From Waterburya sp. (GTDB lineage Bacteria; Cyanobacteriota; Cyanobacteriia; Cyanobacteriales; Xenococcaceae), in NCBI GenBank assembly GCA_965217895.1, contig CBDCJV010000002.1, forward strand, positions 4,288,001 through 4,352,000: a DNA stretch of 64,000 bases. The letters are read 5' to 3'. The notes below the pieces were generated by a model. The model searched no databases. It worked only from the letters and a program-made list of their open reading frames with translations, and was not told where the DNA came from. How positions within the stretch are numbered: the stretch's first letter is position 1; each line of letters begins with the position of its first letter. Below are positions 53,231-61,064 of the stretch, one piece after another. A program made the position numbers and the translations under genes.

Positions 53231-55225
53231 CTACCAAAAATACCCTTTCTCTACAATAGTTTGACGGGTATTAGGATTATACTCAAGCAAATATTCTTGA
53301 GAAATAGCTTCTTGTTCGCGTAGCATGGTTACTTCCTTTTCTCCTACCTCTGTATCGGTGGACAGCAAAATTACCTGATGAGATGCGGTAGGGAAATACC
53401 GCTCGACTAAGTTATGACGATGAGAAGAGTCTAATCTGCCTAACGGTGTATCGATGGCAATAGGTAAATTACGTCCTGAAACTCTAGCCAAACCCCATAA
53501 AAATGCGATCGCCAGCAGTTGTTTTTCCCCAGCCGAGAGGCGTTGTTTGGGAAATAGTTGACCATCGCGATCGTATAGTTCTAGTTTAAAGCGATCGCTA
53601 TCAATTGTCACGCGGTTAATTAAATTGGATTTATGTAGCAGATATAGAAAGCAGTCCTTGACTTCAGTTTCTAATTTATTAAGTTTTTTGAGGGTAAGTT
53701 TTTCTTTAAATAGCTTAAGAGTTTCTTGTACTTTAGTTGCCGACTTAATAATATGTTCATCGCCAATTTTGTCAATCGCTTCTTCACTGTAGTTTTTTAG
53801 CTTACGGTTTAAGTCTTGCTGGATGCGATCGATTTCTTTATCAATATTTTGCAGTTTATCTTGAGCTAAATCGTATAAGGTTTTATATTTACTCACTGCT
53901 GCTTTTCCATCTTCCACTGCATCAATCAATTTTTGATAATCTTCTGGAGATGCAGCACTAGCTAACTGAGTTTCAGTAATATTTATTTTAGTTTTTAGCT
54001 GTTCAATTTCCTTAATAATATTCTGAGATAGCTTAGTTTCTATTGCCAAACGATCTTGAGGAATACTAATTAACTGCTGTAATTGCTTTTCTGTTAAATC
54101 CAAATAACTATCTGCCGTAGCTTTAATAGAATCTGCAATAGTTTTATTTTCTGTGGCGATAAAAAATTCTATTTTGTTAATTGATTCCGTTGATAAAGAA
54201 ATGCTATTTAAATAATTTAATAACTTTTGATCTCTAGCCTTTAGAACAACTTGTGCTTGCTTAAACTGCTGGGATTTAACTTCTTCTTCTCCTTGCTTCT
54301 TGGCATTAGCTAATAAAGGTACAATTAACCCCAAGGGTAAACTACTTTCAGCTACTTTAATCAATTCCTGTCTTTTCTGTTCCAACTGACTATTAAAATC
54401 TTGAATTTTAGCCTCAATTACTTCTCTAGTCGCTGCAATTTTACCACCTTGCTGATTGAATTTACTTTTAGCGCGATCGCGTTGTTTATGAGTCTGCTTT
54501 AATTTTTTTTCTATCTCTGCAAAATCTTTTTGTAACTGCTGCTTATTATCCTTTTTAACTACTAACTTCTGCTCAATTTCTTCTATAGTTAACAACTGTG
54601 CTTTATTAGCTACTGCTTTGCGTTTTCGATTAACCAAAACTGACAGATCGACAGATAGCCTCTCTGCCAATTCTAAGCCCAACAAATTATTAATTGCTTC
54701 AACTACAGCAGGAGGAGGAGTATCTAACTCAGCTAATTCCTTAACTTGTTCTCCATCAAACAGAAATAAATTAGAAATGCCTAAAGGTAGAATGTTTTCA
54801 ATATATTCATCCCAGTTATTTTCTAAGTTGCTATCAAACCTGTCTTCTCTTTCAATGCTTAGGCTATCCTTACCGTCTTTTAGATCTTTATTCCAAGCAC
54901 GAATAATTTTAAACTGTTGCCAATGTCCTTCAAAAATATCTTCAAAAGATAATTCAATTTTAGTTATATCTGCCGATGTAGCTTGACTATTTATTGACTG
55001 GCATAAAAACTCACCATAGCCTAGATTACCTCTACTAGAACATTTAGCCCTTTGTCCGTATAAAGCTAAACGAATTGCATCCATCAAGGTAGTCTTACCG
55101 CCACCATTCATTCCGCCTAATAAAATAATTGGACGAATACTACCATCGTTTTCTGGGCGTAAATCAATCGTTTGCTTTCCAGCATACGCACCAAAATTCT
55201 CAATAACTAATTCAGTAAATATCAT
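53231..55225 (-). CDS. dndD: DNA phosphorothioation ATPase DndD
   Basis: Walker A GMNGGGKTT, LFLFDGEQ, coiled coil, LSAGEKQ, IDTPLGRLDSSHR, HQVILLSTDTE. Confidence 0.93.
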   Translation of the reverse strand: MIFTELVIENFGAYAGKQTIDLRPENDGSIRPIILLGGMNGGGKTTLMDAIRLALYGQRAKCSSRGNLGYGEFLCQSINSQATSADITKIELSFEDIFEGHWQQFKIIRAWNKDLKDGKDSLSIEREDRFDSNLENNWDEYIENILPLGISNLFLFDGEQVKELAELDTPPPAVVEAINNLLGLELAERLSVDLSVLVNRKRKAVANKAQLLTIEEIEQKLVVKKDNKQQLQKDFAEIEKKLKQTHKQRDRAKSKFNQQGGKIAATREVIEAKIQDFNSQLEQKRQELIKVAESSLPLGLIVPLLANAKKQGEEEVKSQQFKQAQVVLKARDQKLLNYLNSISLSTESINKIEFFIATENKTIADSIKATADSYLDLTEKQLQQLISIPQDRLAIETKLSQNIIKEIEQLKTKINITETQLASAASPEDYQKLIDAVEDGKAAVSKYKTLYDLAQDKLQNIDKEIDRIQQDLNRKLKNYSEEAIDKIGDEHIIKSATKVQETLKLFKEKLTLKKLNKLETEVKDCFLYLLHKSNLINRVTIDSDRFKLELYDRDGQLFPKQRLSAGEKQLLAIAFLWGLARVSGRNLPIAIDTPLGRLDSSHRHNLVERYFPTASHQVILLSTDTEVGEKEVTMLREQEAISQEYLLEYNPNTRQTIVEKGYFW

Positions 55226-55245
55226 TTAAACATTTATCATTGCGA

Positions 55246-55287
55246 GACAGTTGCATTGCGGAGGTTTCCTCCGTTGAGCAAACTGTC
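55246..55287. repeat. SDR-like nested hairpin between dndC and dndD
   Basis: GACAGTT...AACTGTC outer stem with inner CGGAGG-TTT-CCTCCG; flanked by aacatttaycat repeats. Confidence 0.65.
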
Positions 55288-55327
55288 GAGGGTGAACATT
55301 TACCATTAAACATTTGATATTCGATGC

Positions 55328-56947
55328 TTACTTGTTATTAGCAGCAACCTCGCCACTTCCTTCAACGGAGTGGCTTGCAAATTTCATACTCGCCCAATTA
55401 GCTTTATTATCTTCTTTAGGCTTATTTAACTGTTCTACTTTTTCTTTTACCCCTTCAATATCACCTTGTTCAGCAGCAGTTTTTAAGTTATATTTTTGAT
55501 GAGCATTTGCGATCGCTTCTTCTTGACTTCTAGAACTAGTATCAAAACACTTTTCTAAACTATCATAGATACCTAAACGGCGATTTTTAACATGAAACTG
55601 CCTTTCCGTATCTAACAGCTTCGACATCAACTCTAACTGCATCTCATCATCACATATTTCTGCTAAAGTTTCCCATTCATCATTACCTAATAACTTTTCA
55701 TCTGCGCCTAATCTAATATCTTTAAACACTTCTCCTGTTATCTCTTGATAAATGCGCGGAAGACTATCATCAAACTCATGCTTTTCTTCCAACCAAATTC
55801 TTCTAATTTCGCTCAATTCTTCATCAGTAATTAAACTAATATCCTTAAATTCTTCTGGCGCATTTTGTTTAACTTCAACTTGTGCAGACAATACTCGCCT
55901 TAACCAAGTCTCTCGCCATTTTTTAGTATAAGGTCCTGGGATAGGTTCAATAGAAGTTTCTCCATCTTTGTTACGTTCAAATAACTGTACGTTACCACGA
56001 AGACGACGAAAATCTCGCCGATGGCGATCGTCTTTCATGTCTAAATCATTACGAATATCCAACAGAGGCTGCAACCATTCTTTCTCTTCATCATTTTGGA
56101 TCATCGCTTCCATAGACTTATCTTTGTTTACCATTGTGCATACCCAACAGCCAAATCTAGAATCACCACAGCTAGGAGTAGACGTATCTACTACCATCGG
56201 GCATTCGCTGTCAGCAGTTGCCCCACGGTACATAGCGAATAAGTCTTTATTATCTCCACCCCAAGGGTTATCCCACTGCATAAGGTACATCCAAACCTCA
56301 TTGGTAGTCCAGTCTTCAACTGGGGTATAGATTAGCGAGTTAGGCAAACTGGCATTTGGGCTAAGGCGATTGCGTACTCTTTTTTGTTCGTGCTTTTTCA
56401 TTGTTGCTGCACGTTTAGCACTTTCAGCTTTTCGAGTACCTAAAACCAATATTGTTTCGCCATGAGAACGAACTGTTTGTCTAATAAATTGATTTGCTGG
56501 CTTAATTTTCATTCTTTCCGTACACCAACGAAACTGATTTCTTGGAGCAGGATAACCTTTCCCCATTAAACAAACCCAAAAAGAATTTTTTACCTCAGGA
56601 TGAAGCAAATTTGCCTTAAATGGCATTTCTTTTTCTATTGCTGCTTCATCCAGTTTCTTTATAGAATTTCTTACCCAAGCTGATACGATCGGATTTTCTA
56701 CAAGAGTATCAGTGGAGATAATATAAACTGTCTTAGTTTTTTTCTCTAATGGCAAGGCTGCGATCGCATTCCAGATTAGTTGCAACACACAACTACTATC
56801 TTTCCCCCAGGAAACACCAATAATCCAGGGTATCTCATCCTGACAATATAATTCCTGAATTTCAGCAGTAAGAAACTCGATACTTTCTATGAATTCAGGA
56901 GTACCGCGCTTATTCAATTTATTTTTTGTTTGTTTTGCCAAGCTCAT
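55328..56947 (-). CDS. dndC: DNA phosphorothioation sulfurtransferase DndC (PAPS reductase-like)
   Basis: PP-loop SWGKDS, DTLVENP, GKGYPAP, RWCTERMKIKP, LGTRKAES, SCGDSRFGCWVCT. Confidence 0.94.
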   Translation of the reverse strand: MSLAKQTKNKLNKRGTPEFIESIEFLTAEIQELYCQDEIPWIIGVSWGKDSSCVLQLIWNAIAALPLEKKTKTVYIISTDTLVENPIVSAWVRNSIKKLDEAAIEKEMPFKANLLHPEVKNSFWVCLMGKGYPAPRNQFRWCTERMKIKPANQFIRQTVRSHGETILVLGTRKAESAKRAATMKKHEQKRVRNRLSPNASLPNSLIYTPVEDWTTNEVWMYLMQWDNPWGGDNKDLFAMYRGATADSECPMVVDTSTPSCGDSRFGCWVCTMVNKDKSMEAMIQNDEEKEWLQPLLDIRNDLDMKDDRHRRDFRRLRGNVQLFERNKDGETSIEPIPGPYTKKWRETWLRRVLSAQVEVKQNAPEEFKDISLITDEELSEIRRIWLEEKHEFDDSLPRIYQEITGEVFKDIRLGADEKLLGNDEWETLAEICDDEMQLELMSKLLDTERQFHVKNRRLGIYDSLEKCFDTSSRSQEEAIANAHQKYNLKTAAEQGDIEGVKEKVEQLNKPKEDNKANWASMKFASHSVEGSGEVAANNK

Positions 56948-57100
56948 TCCCCTTTAATTGCCGAAGCACAGGTGTTTCTAACACTACAATATCCTAGCGG
57001 TAATCAAACATTCTTTCAAAGAACTTTAAATTTTGATGATCTTTATGGGAATACTATTTTGTAGCGTTTGTAATAATATTTCAACAAGGAGAATGTCTTA

Positions 57101-57769
57101 GTGTCATGGCTTTATGGAGATAATATAGTTCAGAGGCTTGGAGAAAATGCTTTTTTATACGATTTATCTAAAATTCGTGGCGTTTCAGCGATTCTTAACC
57201 GTATCCCAGATAATATGTCAGGAGTATATGCTTGGTATCGTAATTTTAATATAGGTGCTGCTGCACAAAATAATCCAGATGTATTTGTTGCCAATATTCT
57301 TCAAGAACTATATAAGCCGCATTGTGTCACACGAGAAAGCCGTCTTCCTCCATCTCATAGATTAATAGTTAAACCAGAAACAACATTTTCTCCCAGAAAA
57401 CAAAAAGCTTTGAAATACTACGCTGCTAATCCCCATTTTAGAGAGCTTATAATTACTTTGCTACACAACTGTTTATTATTTCAGCAACCATTGTATATAG
57501 GAAAAGCTATCAATATACGAACAAGAATTAGTAATCATCTAAGTGTAGATAGCAAGTTAAGAGAAAGATTGGAAGATGCCGAACACAACTTAGAGCAGTG
57601 TAGGCTACTAATATTAGGATGTTCAGCAAGTATTAATTACGATGCTTTAGAAAATGCTGAATTGGAAGATGAAAACGAAAGTGAATCTTCACAGCTAGAG
57701 TCGGAATCTTTAATCGAAGATATTTTGTCTAGATTATTTTTACCATCGTTCACTATTAATTACGGATAA
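57101..57769 (+). CDS. Hypothetical protein, GIY-YIG nuclease-like with a long insertion
   Basis: IPDNMSGVYAWY ... ~85 aa ... PLYIGKAINIRTRISNH ... LIEDIL...PSFTINYG. Confidence 0.6.
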   Translation: MSWLYGDNIVQRLGENAFLYDLSKIRGVSAILNRIPDNMSGVYAWYRNFNIGAAAQNNPDVFVANILQELYKPHCVTRESRLPPSHRLIVKPETTFSPRKQKALKYYAANPHFRELIITLLHNCLLFQQPLYIGKAINIRTRISNHLSVDSKLRERLEDAEHNLEQCRLLILGCSASINYDALENAELEDENESESSQLESESLIEDILSRLFLPSFTINYG

Positions 57770-57771
57770 TT

Positions 57772-59766
57772 ATGCTTGTAATCTCCAAAGAGGAAAGTAA
57801 CAATAAATTTAACAAACCATTATACGGACTCAAAGGGCAATATACTCTAGCCGAAGGTATATCCCTACCTTATTTTTTATGTACTATGCCAATCGAAAGG
57901 GCAATTAATGAATTAAAAATTGCCGAGCAAGTACCAGCCTCTTTAGAAGCAAAATGGTCACTAAAAGAGCTTTTTCAAAGAGAAATCGATGAAGATCGAA
58001 TATTACAAGATATTATTAAAAGTTATTTGCTAGATAGTAAAAAATTAAAGTTTTTTAATGCTATTACAATTGTCTTAATGCCTAAAGGCGAAGATGAAAA
58101 AATTCAAGATCGATTTCAAGAAAATGAAGAGGATACTCCGCCACCTATTCCTTGGGATGGTAGCAATGAAGAAGATGCTCAGTGGAATCATCCAGAAGCC
58201 AAAAAAGCAGATTTTGGTGGAGTACAATTTGTTTCTATTGAACAACAAGCTCGTCTGCGTTGGGATGAAAATAAAGTATTAGCTGTTGCTGTTGATGGGC
58301 AACATCGTCTTTGGGCATTACGAACTTTTCGGGAGAATGAAAAGTTTCGTGGTGGTACACTGCGTGCCACTGAAAAGCAAACACACATTCCTGTAATATT
58401 CGTTTTATTACACCAAAAAGCAGGCTTTGATAATACCCAAACTCAAGTAAGTCATTCAATTAGAAGTATTTCCCGTGAACTTTTTACAGATTTAAATAAG
58501 AATGCCAAAACTGTAGATAGAGCCAGAGAATTAATACTTGATGATAAAAGTATTCATGCGCGATGTGTCAGAACTTTATTAACTGATAGTACCGCGCAAG
58601 ATGCCAAAGATTTATTGCCACTGTCATTGGTACGTTGGCAAGATGATGTTAATAAATTTGATAACTCCTATTATCTTAATTCTTTAGTTCATCTCGATCT
58701 TCTAGTTAAAGCTTTATTGGATTTAGATGAACCAAAAGATCCAATGGAAAAAAAGCAAATTAAGCAATTCATAAAAGATATTAATAAAACGCTTGGAGTT
58801 AATAATAAAGAAATACAATATGAGGGACGGACATTAACTCAATATTATGAAGAAGATTGTTGCGACGAAGATGGTAATCCTCAAACTCCTTTTTCACGCC
58901 TACCAGAATATTATCTTGAATCTGCCATCCAAGGTTTTGAACAAAATTTTCGCCCTTGGCTAATTAAACTATTAATAAAATTTGAACCATATCGTACTTT
59001 ACTACAATACGCTAGAGAAAAGAATTTAATTGAAGGAACTTTTGGACAGTATCAAGCTCAAACTGCTAAACACAAAAGTATGCTTAAGGAACAGGAAATA
59101 GCAAAGGATAGTGACTGGTTTAAGCGAGAAATAATTACACCACAAAATGAAATTGCTGATATGAAGCAAAATCAGTGGGCATTTAAAGCAATTTTTCAAA
59201 AAGCAATAGTTCGCCTTGGCAAAATAGTAGAATTTGATAATAAGGGTGAAGATGAAAATTTGGGTACGATTGAAGATGTTTTATCTTTTCTAGATCATCT
59301 ATATGATGCAAGTATTTTGAAAGTTCGCAGAGATATTTCAGAGTTGCCCTTAAGTTTATGGACTTTTATTGCTTTAAATCCAGGTAATCAGAAAATAAAA
59401 GTCAACAAGGCTGTAGAAGATCGAATTTTTTCTATCTTATTACTTTGGTATTACGGAAACCGTAAATTACGACAAGATAAAGAGCAAGGAAAGCCACAAC
59501 TTACCAGACGAGAACTTTTAAACGTTTTCAAGGCAGAAATAAATAAAGCTCAATGGGCTGGTTGTACCGATGCCTATAAAGCTTTATATAAAGGATTTGA
59601 CATTGCTACTTTTTATCCTTTTTATGGAAAAGAAAAAGACGAAATAGCTAAAGAAAGACAACAAAAATTAGTTAAAGAGCATTTTTCTAAAGTTTTAGCT
59701 ATAGGAATTCCAGAGTTGGCTAATAAAGTCGATGAGACTTCTTTAGAAGATGAGGAATTGGATTAA
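57772..59766 (+). CDS. Large DGQHR-domain (DndB/ParB-like) protein
   Basis: FQR, FFNAITI, AVDGQHRL, RELFTDLNKNAK; ~400-aa unassigned C-terminus. Confidence 0.85.
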   Translation: MLVISKEESNNKFNKPLYGLKGQYTLAEGISLPYFLCTMPIERAINELKIAEQVPASLEAKWSLKELFQREIDEDRILQDIIKSYLLDSKKLKFFNAITIVLMPKGEDEKIQDRFQENEEDTPPPIPWDGSNEEDAQWNHPEAKKADFGGVQFVSIEQQARLRWDENKVLAVAVDGQHRLWALRTFRENEKFRGGTLRATEKQTHIPVIFVLLHQKAGFDNTQTQVSHSIRSISRELFTDLNKNAKTVDRARELILDDKSIHARCVRTLLTDSTAQDAKDLLPLSLVRWQDDVNKFDNSYYLNSLVHLDLLVKALLDLDEPKDPMEKKQIKQFIKDINKTLGVNNKEIQYEGRTLTQYYEEDCCDEDGNPQTPFSRLPEYYLESAIQGFEQNFRPWLIKLLIKFEPYRTLLQYAREKNLIEGTFGQYQAQTAKHKSMLKEQEIAKDSDWFKREIITPQNEIADMKQNQWAFKAIFQKAIVRLGKIVEFDNKGEDENLGTIEDVLSFLDHLYDASILKVRRDISELPLSLWTFIALNPGNQKIKVNKAVEDRIFSILLLWYYGNRKLRQDKEQGKPQLTRRELLNVFKAEINKAQWAGCTDAYKALYKGFDIATFYPFYGKEKDEIAKERQQKLVKEHFSKVLAIGIPELANKVDETSLEDEELD

Positions 59767-59996
59767 ACTTAAATCTTAATTGTGCGATCGCCTTCAATCA
59801 AAACAAACAACTTTCTCTGCGCGAAATAAAAAAGCGATCGCCTTATGAGAAAAATTGTGACAGATAAGCTAGCTTAAAGTTATATTGTCACAAAAGTACG
59901 CAAATTCAACCAGAATATTTGTAACCAGACCCGTCTCAGATGTATCCTGAATAAATATAATAAATATAGATTAACTATTAACTGAGGATTGGCATT

Positions 59997-60956
59997 TTGG
60001 ATACACACGAATATGATGTTGTCATTATTGGAGGCGGTCCTGCGGGCTGTACCTGTGCGCTGTATACCTCAAGAGCCAGCCTCAAAACGGTTATTATAGA
60101 CAAGAATCCTGCGGTTGGCGCATTGGCTATTACCCACAAAATTGCTAATTACCCTGGGGTATCTGGGGAAATGAGTGGGGATGAATTGCTCAAGAGCATG
60201 AGAGAACAGGCAGTTGAATATGGTACTGTCTATCAGCGCGCTCAAGTTTTTGGTATTGATGTTAATGGCGAGATGAAAAAAGTCTACACGCCAGAAGGTA
60301 CTTTTGTAGGTAGATCTTTAGTACTAGCAACAGGAGCAATGGGTCGCAGTGAAGCATCTTTTGAAGGAGAGTCAGAATTTTTAGGTCGTGGCGTTAGCTA
60401 TTGTGCTACCTGTGATGGAGCATTCTATCGCGATCGCGAAGTGGCGGTAGTTGGCTTAAACCAAGAGGCTGTTGAAGAGGCACAGTTTTTAACTAAGTTT
60501 GCTTCAAAAGTTCATTGGATTACATTTAAAGATCCCAAAGAAGAAGACCATCATGCTCACGATCTATTGGCTATGTCTAATGTTAAACATTGGCGACGTA
60601 GCCGTTTAGCGTCTATTGAGGGAAATGATGCTGGAGTAACGGGAGTTAAAGTTAAAATAAAAGGTGAAGACGAACCAAAGCCTTTAGAAGTAGAGGGGGT
60701 CTTTGTATATCAAAACGGCTCTAAGCCGATTACAGACTTTATTGGCGATCAGGTAGAAATTAATCCTGATGGTGGCGTGAAGGTGGATGATGATATGTCT
60801 ACTAGCGTCCCAGGGGTTTGGGCAATTGGAGATATTCGCAATACTCCCTACAAGCAAGCTGTGGTAGCTGCGGGAGATGGCTGTATTGCTGCTATGGCTA
60901 TCGATCGCTATCTAAACCATCGCAAAACAATTAAACCTGACTGGGATCATACATAA
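59997..60956 (+). CDS. Flavin thioredoxin reductase, likely NADPH-independent DTR/FFTR type
   Basis: GGGPAG, CATCDG, GD; NADPH motifs GGGxxA and HRR replaced by GLNQEA and ITFKD; C-terminal tail PDWDHT. Confidence 0.85.
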   Translation: MDTHEYDVVIIGGGPAGCTCALYTSRASLKTVIIDKNPAVGALAITHKIANYPGVSGEMSGDELLKSMREQAVEYGTVYQRAQVFGIDVNGEMKKVYTPEGTFVGRSLVLATGAMGRSEASFEGESEFLGRGVSYCATCDGAFYRDREVAVVGLNQEAVEEAQFLTKFASKVHWITFKDPKEEDHHAHDLLAMSNVKHWRRSRLASIEGNDAGVTGVKVKIKGEDEPKPLEVEGVFVYQNGSKPITDFIGDQVEINPDGGVKVDDDMSTSVPGVWAIGDIRNTPYKQAVVAAGDGCIAAMAIDRYLNHRKTIKPDWDHT

Positions 60957-60970
60957 AAAGTTTGCAGAAG

Positions 60971-61001
60971 GCATTAAACCCAACAACTTTAGGTTTAATG
61001 C
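60971..61001. terminator. Hairpin between convergent genes
   Basis: GCATTAAACC...GGTTTAATGC. Confidence 0.6.
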
Positions 61002-61064
61002 TGCTACGTAGATAGCCAATCAAAAGACTTAAAGCTTAAAGCTGAGAGCTTATAGCTTTTCTAG

